Origin: Planctomycetota bacterium
Lineage (GTDB): Bacteria; Planctomycetota; Planctomycetia; JALXBF01
Assembly: GCA_026991575.1 (NCBI GenBank)
Contig: JALXBF010000176.1
Span: 1 to 35,527 of the forward strand
Reading direction: 5' to 3'
DNA: 35,527 nt
The position numbers and the translations under genes were made by a program. A model generated the notes under the pieces. It ran no database searches, had not been told where the DNA came from, and worked only from the letters and a program-made list of their open reading frames with translations. Shown one piece after another: positions 9,801 to 20,066 of this stretch. Numbering within the stretch: the stretch's first letter is position 1; every line of letters begins with the position of its first letter.

Positions 9801-10792
9801 ACCTCGATCAGATCCGTGATCAGGTCAGCGGCCGTCTGGTAGCGATCCTCCGGTGCCTTGGCCATCATCTTGCGGATGATCGCCGCGAGCTTGCGCGGAA
9901 CGGCCGGGTTCAGTTCGCGCACGTCGGGCGGCGGTTCGGACTGGTGCTGCAAGAGTTTCTGCACGACGTTGCCGTCCGGGAATGGTGGCCGGCCGGTGAG
10001 CATGTGAAACATGGTGCAGCCGAGCGAATAGATGTCGCTGCGGATGTCGGCAGAGCGGGGATCGCGTGCCTGTTCGGGGGCAATGTAATCGAACGTGCCC
10101 AGTGTGACACCGGTCTGGGTTAGCCCGCCGAGCCGCTGATGCTCGAAGAAGCGGGCCAGTCCCATGTCCACCAGCTTGATGCGGCCGCCGGCGGTGACGA
10201 TGATGTTCGATGGCTTGATGTCGCGGTGCACCACGCCGCGGGCGTCGGCATGCGCTAGCGCGCTGGCCACCTGAAGCGTATAGGCCACCGTTTCGGCCAC
10301 CGACAACCGGCCCCGCTTCTGGACCAGATCGCGGATCGTCTCCCCCCGGACATATTCAAAGGCAATGTAGCTGATGCCCTGGTCTTCGCCAATGTCATAC
10401 ACGCGTGCGATGTTCTCATGGTCAAGCTGGGCAGCGGCGCGGGCTTCGTTGCGGAAGCGCTGCACGATCGTGCTGTCGTGCGCGAATTCGGGCGGCAACA
10501 CCTTCAGCGCGACGTCTCGGTCAAGCTGCAGGTCACGTGCCAGGAACACCGTTCCCATGCCGCCCGTGCCGATGTGGGCTTCGATCTGGTAACGGCCCAG
10601 CCGCTGTCCGACCAACGAGTTGATGAACCGCTGGCGCGCGGCAGTCGGGTCGTGCGGCGACCCCGAGCCAGATGCTCGTGGCACCACCGTCGGGGCCACG
10701 TCAATGTCCGGCGGAATCGGTGAACCGTCCGCACCGCGTGCGCTGGATGGCTGCTCCGTACGAAATGGCGCCCCTTTCACAGAATCGGACAT
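6842..10792 (-). CDS. Membrane-anchored Hanks-type Ser/Thr protein kinase with two extracellular beta-helix-like domains
   Basis: Kinase motifs GTGGMGTV, VALK, HRDIKPSN, DMG and GTFDYIAPEQ. TM segment LLLWTASLLLLVGLVGFMF, then a Pro/Ser linker and two similar beta-rich domains. Confidence 0.93.
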   Translation of the reverse strand: MSDSVKGAPFRTEQPSSARGADGSPIPPDIDVAPTVVPRASGSGSPHDPTAARQRFINSLVGQRLGRYQIEAHIGTGGMGTVFLARDLQLDRDVALKVLPPEFAHDSTIVQRFRNEARAAAQLDHENIARVYDIGEDQGISYIAFEYVRGETIRDLVQKRGRLSVAETVAYTLQVASALAHADARGVVHRDIKPSNIIVTAGGRIKLVDMGLARFFEHQRLGGLTQTGVTLGTFDYIAPEQARDPRSADIRSDIYSLGCTMFHMLTGRPPFPDGNVVQKLLQHQSEPPPDVRELNPAVPRKLAAIIRKMMAKAPEDRYQTAADLITDLIEVASELRIRPVLLDGIPWAETAGTPSARWSSLLLWTASLLLLVGLVGFMFRSHLQLLMPAARTSDIDAASPADASVTSPQSVPPSPLAPSPPDTVAVDDRAGRSTLGRQAPAAGDSTDSSSQDSQPAPALQRVTDEASLRAAVAEARDGSLIELAPPDGIIELTPNGQGHQEGVAGLRIHGKTITIRGTPGSYPVLRLRYRPDAPDVAEWILAELKEATVTFEGIRFELVGNRLDRPMIAFLCDNGTLRLENCMVVDQTEPVSPSDSDGTEGSVGNWVIVAGGGLRMPARPLTGSTFSEQIVPATVTVHRSLFAGGHGFLWTTGPVRFRATDSAWLPFERTFLLTAPGYANDHHPVVVTELQRCTLTTTTGTLFTVTLVGSEGGASEASGGPGNTAAATITLTECVVAAYRPDQTTLLQTIAPAAYLWRGARNLYYGLAAYARSQQEDGSEARAETLWEWSRQRQVSETDSVQQSDWPWDVPRGRVAEHHGEELVRAALRLARSSRGYELAADGGPVGTRHVAPVGSIYGESALGLLVQALTRTVEAAGGGPAGAAGESPSVPMTTTAAENDRAATLAERPSSSGDKLEPTRGTGGLDESAVSGGVFRITADGQGSFRSLKEALERCPDGAVLELAVDGAVRLKPAVLSGKHVVVRAASGFRPVLTLDYDPAHETPNAFALLTVRRATLELDGVTIDLSATGSARVSPWTIVQLDDATLVVRNSTLRNEFAQGPIVELVQPPARGTMAELSGESPLGGVPLAQGTVTVERSVVLARGYVLRAPALAEAAIRFKDSAIAGGILLSVSPSAEPVSQRALLQLDLERCTVRTHRQLIAAQAKGDRQWLVPLHVTARRCLFETAGQEPWIMLRGTKVVDQTGGQANVFRWTGSGNAYAFRGPWLSLTDTQESHGQVSLPVDAFESDPYRSETDSAVVDIGFAMDFADELPAATDAVNFFRPSPVESSETTVGAPLDVLPGKRGKQRDQLSE

Positions 10793-10951
10793 CGGACTCG
10801 ATTCCGGACTGTCCAGTTAACCGGTTCCTTCCTGCGTGTCCGCTGGACCGCCTTTTGCTCGATCACCGAGCCGAAAGGAGATCTGCCGAACGTGCTCGTT
10901 CCCCGGACCGGCCCAGTGAACAGGACAGGTGCGTTAACGTCTGCAGTCACT

Positions 10952-10981
10952 AGTATAGCACACCCCAAAACCCGCGGTCAA
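10952..10981 (-). promoter_or_regulatory. Sigma70-like promoter upstream of the kinase gene
   Basis: Minus strand reads TTGACC(10981-10976)-N18-TATACT(10957-10952), with an extended -10 TG. Confidence 0.6.
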
Positions 10982-11182
10982 TCAGCCGGAGCGTCCCGGC
11001 GGCGCAGGGCACCGGGGCCATCTGGAACCAAGCTGTATCGTGCGCGCCGCCGCGGGCCAGCGGGGCTGGTCTTCGAAAGGCTCGCCGCGCGGCCCGCAGC
11101 TCTGTCTTCATGGTCCCACCGCAGCACCGAACGTGACCTGCTCGCAGATGGTGATTCCTCCGTGCACCAGGCTGCTTTCGGC

Positions 11183-12073
11183 TCAGAGAAGCCCGTAACG
11201 GATCAGCTCTTGCCTGAGCACCTCGCGCGCGGCCCCGTCCAGCGGCACCAGCGGCAAACGAAGCTCGCCGGTGTCACGGCCCAGCAGCTGCATGGCCGCC
11301 TTGATCGGCACCGGATTGACCGACAGGCTCAAGAGAGCATGCGCCAACGGGAAGAGCCGCATATGCCATCGCTGGGCCTCGGCCACGTCCCCCTGAACGA
11401 ACGCTCGAATCATCGCTTGGACGTCGCGCGGCACGATGTTGGCAATCACCGACACGACGCCTTGGCCGCCAATGGCCAGCAGCGGCAGCGTCAGCGTATC
11501 GTCCCCGGCAAGCACTGTGAGCGAACTGTTGCGGAGAATCTCGGAGGCCTGGTCCAGTGACCCGCTGGCTTCCTTGATGGCGACGATGTTGGGCAGTTCG
11601 GCCAGACGGATCACGGTCTCAGGAGTCATGTTGCGACCGGTGCGGCCAGGAATGTTGTAGAGCACGATGGGCAGGTCGACCGTTTCGGCGATCCTGCGGA
11701 AGTGCTCGTACAGCCCGCGCTGGTCCGGCTTGTTGTAATAGGGGCTGACCATCAGGGCACCGTCGGCACCCACCCGAGCGGCAAAGCGGGTCAGCCGGAG
11801 CGCTTCGCTGGTGGAGTTCGAGCCGGTGCCGGCCATCACCTTGATCCGCCCGGCGGCGTGCTCAACCACCGTCGCAATCACACGCTCATGTTCCTCATGG
11901 CTCAGCGTGGGCGACTCCCCCGTGGTGCCCACGGGCGCGATGCAGTCGGTGCCCTGTTCGATGTGCCAGTCCACCAGTTGCCGAATCCGCTCGAAGTCGA
12001 TTTCGCCATTGCGGAACGGCGTGATGAGTGCCACGGTTACGCCGGCAAACTGTTCACCCTTCCGTTCGCTCAT
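11183..12073 (-). CDS. dapA: 4-hydroxy-tetrahydrodipicolinate synthase
   Basis: Motifs [32 protein letters not shown] and NPVPIK. ATG 12073 follows GGGGTGAG. Confidence 0.96.
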   Translation of the reverse strand: MSERKGEQFAGVTVALITPFRNGEIDFERIRQLVDWHIEQGTDCIAPVGTTGESPTLSHEEHERVIATVVEHAAGRIKVMAGTGSNSTSEALRLTRFAARVGADGALMVSPYYNKPDQRGLYEHFRRIAETVDLPIVLYNIPGRTGRNMTPETVIRLAELPNIVAIKEASGSLDQASEILRNSSLTVLAGDDTLTLPLLAIGGQGVVSVIANIVPRDVQAMIRAFVQGDVAEAQRWHMRLFPLAHALLSLSVNPVPIKAAMQLLGRDTGELRLPLVPLDGAAREVLRQELIRYGLL

Positions 12074-12132
12074 CGACGTCTCACCCCTGGTGTTATCGAA
12101 GCCCTTCGGCAGCAACGGTTGGCGCGTACGCG

Positions 12133-12138
12133 ATTATA
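12133..12138 (-). promoter_or_regulatory. Possible -10 box for dapA
   Basis: Perfect TATAAT on the minus strand about 60 nt upstream of dapA in a GC-rich context. No good -35. Confidence 0.4.
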
Positions 12139-12495
12139 GTTTGCCGAGTGCTGGGACGTGGTGCACTGGAGGCGAGCAAGCAAAGAGCCGGTTCGCCGTG
12201 CCGTGCGACCCGGTCCCAATGCGCTGTTCCCCAGGCATGGCGCGTCCGCTCGGCTCACTGACGCGGCGTCTGCGGCCGTACACGCGACCGATCCGATCAC
12301 GTACTCCGGGCCTATCGAGCCGATTGACCTTGGCCCATCGGAACGATCGATGCCATCTGCCGCCGTGATTCTGGCCGGTCGCAAGCGGACGCCCTGGCCA
12401 GACACCGCATTGGTCGGCCAAGACCGACGGCAGGCCGCGCGGGTGGGGCGGTTGCCATTGCAGCAAACCGCCGCGTGTGGCAAACTGCTGCCGCC

Positions 12496-13725
12496 GTGAC
12501 GAAGAGAGACACCTGCGATCCAAAACAATCGGTAGTCGGCCGCCGTTTGCTCCTGGCAGCAGCTATGGCCACCGTGGTCCTGTCTGCAGCGGGGTGTGCC
12601 CGGCCCAGGCCGATCAGCTTCCGCTGGCCGTGGGCCCGTTGGCAGTCGGGCGACGGTGCCGAGACGCGTGCGCACGGTGGGCGGCCCCGGCGGTTGGCCT
12701 CCCTGGAGCCGATCTTGCTGGCTGATGCGACGGAGGACGGCCACGCCGGCGTGAAGCAGGCCGCTGGCGCGACACGGTCAGCCAAGGACACAGAGGTCAT
12801 CTCGACCGTCGTGGCACGGGTTAATGGCGAGCCGATCGTGGCCGAGGACCTGCTTGCTCCGCTCCGCAGTCGGCTTGCTGAAGCACGGCAAACGATGAGC
12901 AAGGCCGAGTACATTGCGTTCCGGGACCGGTTGCTTCGCCAGCAGCTGGACAACCTCATCGAGCGGCAGCTTCTTGTGCAGGCGGCACGCCGAGCGTTTC
13001 CCGAGCCGATCCAGCGGCGGATTGAGGCGTTTGCGGATCAGCAGTTCGAAGAGCAGCTCAAACAGGAGGCCAAGCGGCTCGGGCTGGCTACGGTCGAGGA
13101 ACTGAAGCAGCATCTGCGCAAGCAAGGGCAATCGGTTGAACGGATGAAGCAGCTCAACCGTGACACGATCCTGGCCCAGCAGTTTGTCCGCTCCCGGGTT
13201 GCGAGCAAGATCGAGGTGACACGGCGTGAGATGCTGGAGTACTACCGGGAGCACAAGGCGGAGTTTGAGCAGACGCCAGCTGTGAAGTGGCGCGAGATCC
13301 TTGTCAGTGTTGCGCGGCACAGTTCAGACGAGGCGGCCCGGCGGCATGCGGAGCAGTTGGTGTCTAAGCTTCGGGCCGGCGCCGACTTCGGTGAGCTTGC
13401 CAAGCAGGAAAGTGACGGCGCGACGGCGGCTCAGGGGGGACAGTGGCCGTGGACGCCTCCCGGCAGCTACATTGTCGATGCGGTGGATCAAGCACTGTTC
13501 AGCCTGCCGGTGGGCCAGGTGAGTGATCCGATTCCGGGTCCGGAAGGCTACCACATCGTGCTCGTCGAGGACCGGCGCGACGGAGGGCCGCGTCCCTTCG
13601 AAGAGGTGCAGGACGAGATCCGCGAGCGGATCCGGCAGAAGAAGATCGAGCAGGCCGTTTCTCAGCTCATCGAGCGGCTCAAGCAAGAAGCCTACATCGT
13701 TACCGTCTTCGATACGGCCGACTAG
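12496..13725 (+). CDS. SurA/PrsA-like parvulin peptidyl-prolyl isomerase/chaperone, predicted lipoprotein
   Basis: VVARVNGEPI...LIERQLL SurA-type N-domain and parvulin domain (FGELAKQESDG, GQVSDPI, GYHIV). Lipobox AAGC with Cys at 12595. Start uncertain (12475, 12496 or 12565). Confidence 0.88.
   Translation: MTKRDTCDPKQSVVGRRLLLAAAMATVVLSAAGCARPRPISFRWPWARWQSGDGAETRAHGGRPRRLASLEPILLADATEDGHAGVKQAAGATRSAKDTEVISTVVARVNGEPIVAEDLLAPLRSRLAEARQTMSKAEYIAFRDRLLRQQLDNLIERQLLVQAARRAFPEPIQRRIEAFADQQFEEQLKQEAKRLGLATVEELKQHLRKQGQSVERMKQLNRDTILAQQFVRSRVASKIEVTRREMLEYYREHKAEFEQTPAVKWREILVSVARHSSDEAARRHAEQLVSKLRAGADFGELAKQESDGATAAQGGQWPWTPPGSYIVDAVDQALFSLPVGQVSDPIPGPEGYHIVLVEDRRDGGPRPFEEVQDEIRERIRQKKIEQAVSQLIERLKQEAYIVTVFDTAD
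12595..12633 (+). other. Post-lipobox peptide CARPRPISFRWPW (copy 1)
   Basis: Direct translation; 9 of 10 residues identical to the motif in the BamD-like gene. Confidence 0.8.
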
Positions 13726-13765
13726 GCACCGTGACGTCTCGGCTGACGCACCTAAAGCGCCGCCG

Positions 13766-14194
13766 CTAGCCAGCACCGCCCATCGTCACCACAACGTAGG
13801 AGGCAACCGGGCCGAACAGCATCAGCGCGATGATGCCCACGCCCACGGCATGGATCGGTTGGAAGCGGAAGCAGAGCAGGCACGCCGTTACCCAGATGAC
13901 CGCGTGGAACCAGAGCGCGGCACTGTAGAACATGTCCGGAAAGCTCAGCGGCCACTGCACCAACAGTGCAGCCAGAATCGGCGAAATGGCGACGACACGC
14001 CAGGCAAGCAGGTCGACCCGCTCTTCGTAAATGTAGCGCTGCGCGGTCTCAACGGTCAGAAACAAGGTTACGCCGACGATGGCCCAGACCAGTAGCCAGA
14101 TCCCGATAACGGCCAAGGCATTCCTCCGCAACGAGTGTGCCGGCGCTTGCTGCGTCGCCCCGGTGCACCGCACCGCCGGGGCCGATCGTGCCAT
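13766..14194 (-). CDS. Small hypothetical membrane protein (about 4 TM helices)
   Basis: Strongly hydrophobic C-terminal part of track ORF 13766..14443. ATG 14194 avoids overlap with the ArsR gene. Confidence 0.7.
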   Translation of the reverse strand: MARSAPAVRCTGATQQAPAHSLRRNALAVIGIWLLVWAIVGVTLFLTVETAQRYIYEERVDLLAWRVVAISPILAALLVQWPLSFPDMFYSAALWFHAVIWVTACLLCFRFQPIHAVGVGIIALMLFGPVASYVVVTMGGAG

Positions 14195-14214
14195 TGTAGC
14201 CCTATGGGGATCCG

Positions 14215-14649
14215 TCAATCCTGGTCGCCGCTGCGCAGCTGCAGTTCGATGCCCCCCAGCTTCAGCACCCCCTGACCGTTGCCGAGCGAGCGGAACAGAC
14301 TGCCGAGCAACTGCGCGAAGGCTTCCTCCTGGATCGAGTAGAAGTTGTGCTTGCCGGAGCGGCGCACTTCGATGAGGCCGGCGACGCGGAGCAAAGCCAA
14401 GTGGTGGCTGACGGCAGGCTGGGACTGCTCGAGCCGGCGGCACAGTTCCGTGACGTTCAGCTCGCCAGAGCGGAACAGGTGCAGGAGAATCTTGAAGCGG
14501 GTCTCGTCAGCAAGCAGTTTGAACACACGGCAAAGGTCCTTGACGAGGGTCTCCGGCACTGTTGGAGCCTTCGGCTCTGAACCGTCCGCTCTGTTCGCAT
14601 CTGTTCCTGCCGCTACGTGGCTCACCTCTAAAGCCTCGACTGGATTCAT
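14215..14649 (-). CDS. ArsR/SmtB-family transcriptional regulator
   Basis: Winged-HTH pattern FKLLADETRFKIL...NVTELC...SQPAVSHHLALLR...GKHNFY. GGAGGT RBS upstream of the ATG. Confidence 0.93.
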   Translation of the reverse strand: MNPVEALEVSHVAAGTDANRADGSEPKAPTVPETLVKDLCRVFKLLADETRFKILLHLFRSGELNVTELCRRLEQSQPAVSHHLALLRVAGLIEVRRSGKHNFYSIQEEAFAQLLGSLFRSLGNGQGVLKLGGIELQLRSGDQD

Positions 14650-14941
14650 GGCACCTCCACGCGCTGACTGGCGGTGGTCACCAGCCGACAGCCTACCTGC
14701 CGGTCAGCAGCTCAACAGCGGCCGGCGCTAGCGACCGTGAACCGCCTGAGCCTCAAGGCCAGAGCATGTGCACCACAACCATTGCGACGAACTAGGCCGC
14801 CATAACGACTTGGCCGCGCTTACGGTCGAGATGTCTTCGACCGAGTGGCCAGGTGCCTGTCCTTCTCACCCGAACCAACCCGCACGCCCGGTTGACTTGT
14901 CCGGCGAAAGCAGTCGCCCGCATGCGGGATCCTTGGCCCGT

Positions 14942-14969
14942 ATTTTACCGCGCCGTGCACCGATTTCAA
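14942..14969 (-). promoter_or_regulatory. Sigma70-like promoter pointing toward the ArsR gene
   Basis: Minus strand reads TTGAAA(14969-14964)-N16-TAAAAT(14947-14942) in an AT-rich patch. Confidence 0.55.
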
Positions 14970-15379
14970 CAGAAAATGACCACGCCAGGCGAGCGGTTCG
15001 CCCGGATCGACGTGTCGCGTTGTTGTCGGCGTGCCTGCTTTCCGATCGTGAACTCGGGGCCATCCGGGGCTCATTCGGCGCGCCTGCGCACCGGCATGGC
15101 CTTCTGTTTGCAGTTTGCCCGGGCGTGCGTGGGGAGTGGCCGCAGTCGATACCGGCGCAAGGTGCCTGCCACGGGTAGCTGCCGCAGCTTGCAGCAAGAC
15201 AGCGATCAGGTCCTGCCGCGGCGGGGACGAGCGGAGAGGTGCAGCCACATCGGTCCGTGCCGTTGAACGATGCTGCGGTGGCCGACCCGCACCCGGTCAT
15301 CGAACCCGTCCGTCGCCTAAGGCATCCCGGAACGGCATGGCCGCCGACGGCATAGAAGGCTAATAGAATGCTTGGGTGC

Positions 15380-15429
15380 TGCTGAAGAAAAGACCGCTCT
15401 CTCGCGTGCGAAAGAGCGGTCTTTCAGCA
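15380..15429. repeat. Long inverted repeat/hairpin upstream of carA
   Basis: AAAGACCGCTCT(15389-15400)/AGAGCGGTCTTT(15413-15424) is a perfect 12-bp stem, extendable by TGCTG/CAGCA. On the minus strand it ends in TTTTCTT. Confidence 0.75.
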
Positions 15430-15560
15430 AGTCAGCACACACGGCACTGGCCGTTGGCACTGCCACAGCCAGCACCAATTATCGTCGCAGCGCGGGACGT
15501 GGCTTTAGCTCTCCTGGCCTGGCCCCCCCGGTACGCGGCTACTCGTGCACGGTGCGCAAA

Positions 15561-16742
15561 ATGGGCAAGCCTGCTAAGCTAGCACTCGAAGACGGGACCA
15601 TCCTGACCGGTACTTCATTCGGTGCCGACGGTGAGGTGGCCGGCGAAGTCGTCTTCAACACGAGCATGACGGGCTACCAGGAAATCCTCACCGACCCGTC
15701 CTACAAAGGCCAGATCGTCACGATGACCTACCCTCACATCGGCAACTATGGTGTGACACCGGAGGACGAGGAAAGCGATCGGCCACAAGTTGAAGGGTTC
15801 ATCGTGCGCGAAGCGGCGCGGCGGCACTCGAACCACCGTGCGCGGGAATCGCTACAGGATTATCTACGACGTCACGGGATCGTGGCATTGGAAGGAGTAG
15901 ACACGCGGTTCCTGGTGCGGCACATCCGGCTGCAGGGGGCGATGCGCGGCGTCCTGTCAACGGTTGACCTGAACGATGACAGCTTGGTCGCGAAGGCCAG
16001 GGCCATTCCCCCCATGGCTGGTAGAGATCTGGTACGCGAGGTCGCGCCGTCGGCAAGCTATCGGTGGCGGCGCGGCTTTGAGTCCCCGTTCGCGCCCCCT
16101 GAGTGGGTGTACCGCTGTGGGTATCGCTGGGATCCGGCCGTGACGCACCACGTGGTGGCACTTGACTTTGGCATGAAACGCAACATTGCCCGGTACCTGG
16201 TCGAAATCGGCACGACGTTGACGGTCGTTCCCGGCACGGCCACTGCTGAAGAGGTCCTTCAGTGCAGGCCGGACGGTATCTTTCTCTCGAACGGGCCGGG
16301 TGACCCGGCCGCTGTCACGTACGCGATCGAGACCATTCGCAAGCTACTGGACGTGGCGGCAACCGAGCGGCTGCCGATCTTTGGGATCTGCCTCGGCCAT
16401 CAACTGCTGTCGCTTGCCCTCGGCGCCCGCACGTTCAAGCTGAAGTTCGGACACCGTGGTGCCAACCAGCCGGTGCGCAATGAGCGGACCGGTCGCGTCG
16501 AGATCACGACGCAGAACCACGGCTTTGCCGTCGATCCCGACAGCCTGCCAGCCGAAGTGGAATGCACCCACTGGAACCTGAACGACCGGACGCTGGAAGG
16601 AATCCGCCATCGGGAGCTGCCGGTCTTCAGCGTGCAGTATCATCCGGAAGCGTCTGCCGGCCCACACGATAGCGCGTATTTATTCGCCGAATTCCGTCGA
16701 CTGCTTGATGCCCGCGCTGGCGTGACAGCGTCGGCGGACTGA
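15561..16742 (+). CDS. carA: Carbamoyl-phosphate synthase small subunit
   Basis: Motifs [30 protein letters not shown], catalytic GICLGHQ and QYHPE. Real start likely ATG 15561 ([12 protein letters not shown]). Confidence 0.97.
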   Translation: MGKPAKLALEDGTILTGTSFGADGEVAGEVVFNTSMTGYQEILTDPSYKGQIVTMTYPHIGNYGVTPEDEESDRPQVEGFIVREAARRHSNHRARESLQDYLRRHGIVALEGVDTRFLVRHIRLQGAMRGVLSTVDLNDDSLVAKARAIPPMAGRDLVREVAPSASYRWRRGFESPFAPPEWVYRCGYRWDPAVTHHVVALDFGMKRNIARYLVEIGTTLTVVPGTATAEEVLQCRPDGIFLSNGPGDPAAVTYAIETIRKLLDVAATERLPIFGICLGHQLLSLALGARTFKLKFGHRGANQPVRNERTGRVEITTQNHGFAVDPDSLPAEVECTHWNLNDRTLEGIRHRELPVFSVQYHPEASAGPHDSAYLFAEFRRLLDARAGVTASAD

Positions 16743-18107
<1,365 letters not shown>

Positions 18108-18140
18108 CAGAGGAACCGTGCCAGCGCGCGGACGCAAGCA

Positions 18141-18922
<782 letters not shown>

Positions 18923-18923
<1 letters not shown>

Positions 18924-19801
18924 TGCTCCGAGTACGCTTGCTCGCCGGCGGTCTTTTCCTCGCACTGCTGGTTGTCGTCGTCTGGCTCGATCTCAGCGTC
19001 GACCGCCCCTACCCTGGCTGGCTGCTGCTGTGTACCGTTTGCGGGGTGGCGAGCTGCCAGGAGTTGACGGTCCTGCTGGAGCGCATGGAGCTTCGCCCGT
19101 TCCGTCGCGTGCTCTGGCCCGGCGTGCTGTTGTTGATCTGGGTTCACTGGCTGCCGGCTGCCTGGGAGCTGTACTACGGCGACGGGTCGACCCTGGCGCG
19201 CTGGCCGACCGTGCTCGTGGCGCTGGGCGGTGCGACCGTCGCTGCGTTAGCCGTGGGCATGACCGGTTTTGATGGCACGGCCCGATCCGTGCGCCGCTCG
19301 GCTGGCACCGTGCTTGGGCTGCTGTACCTCGGTGGCGGTGCGACAGCCCTGGTGGCAGCCCGGTGGCTACCCCAGGGGCTGGCTGCCGTCATGCTGCTAA
19401 TCCTGGCCACGAAGGCGGCCGACAGCGGGGCGTACTTCACCGGCAAGCTCCTGGGCAGGCGGCCGTTGGCGCCGGTGCTCAGTCCGAAGAAGACGCTCGA
19501 GGGGGCCGTGGGGGCGGTGCTCTGGGGGGCGGCCGCGGCCGTGCTCGTGGCCGCCGTCTCCGGCTACTGGTGGCAGAGCTGGTTGCCGTTTGGCTGGGGC
19601 ACGCTGGCGGCGCTCGGGGCGCTGCTGGGTGCCTGGGGCCAGCTGGGCGATCTGGTGGAAAGCTGGCTGAAGCGGGCGGCGGCGGTGAAGGATTCCTCCA
19701 GCTGGCTGCCTGGACTGGGCGGCATGCTGGACGTGCTGGACTCGCTACTCTGGAACGCGCCGCCCTTTGCGCTTTGCTGGTCCCTGCTGCAGCCGGCATG
19801 A
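18923..19801 (+). CDS. cdsA: Phosphatidate cytidylyltransferase
   Basis: Multi-TM protein with DSGAYFTG, SPKKTLEG, GDLVESWLKR, KDSS and GGMLDVLDS. TGATG overlap with uppS. Confidence 0.95.
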
Positions 19802-20066
19802 GCGAAGTGCGGCACGGGGATTGCATGCGCCGCAACCTGATTGCCTGTTGAGAGGCAATGACTTAGAGTTGTTAAGAACAGCCGGTGAGTGCGGTCGCAG
19901 TCCAGGCCACGCTACCGGCATCCGGGCGGTCGCCCAACAAGCAGCACGGAGGCAGGCGACGCCGATAAGCACAACTGGGCAAAGCACCGACGATGTTCCT
20001 CGTACCGGATGGCTCACTCCAGGAGGCAGCAGCCTCCGGACACAGGCGGATTGAGACCTGTTGCCG

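Noticed and set aside
3417..10792. Anti-phage system (kinase plus MazG)
   Set aside because: Core-genome context and composition, exported partner proteins, and no nuclease, toxin or other defence-type gene.
11052..11097. GC-rich hairpin (GCGGGCC/GGCCCGC) downstream of dapA as a terminator
   Set aside because: Imperfect inner stem and no U-tract on either strand.
14768..15363. Several 80-144 aa ORFs in the arsR-carA intergenic region
   Set aside because: Arg/Pro/Cys-rich, mutually overlapping, with no motif or RBS. They overlap predicted promoter elements and are probably spurious.
15372..15560. N-terminal extension of CarA in the ORF track
   Set aside because: The family N-terminus begins at [12 protein letters not shown] (15561), and the extension runs through the hairpin.
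19841..19866. CAATGACTTAG (and TAACGACTTG near 14803) as Xer/dif-like half sites
   Set aside because: Only one arm resembles such a site; the partner arm matches about 4 of 10, and no recombinase gene is nearby.
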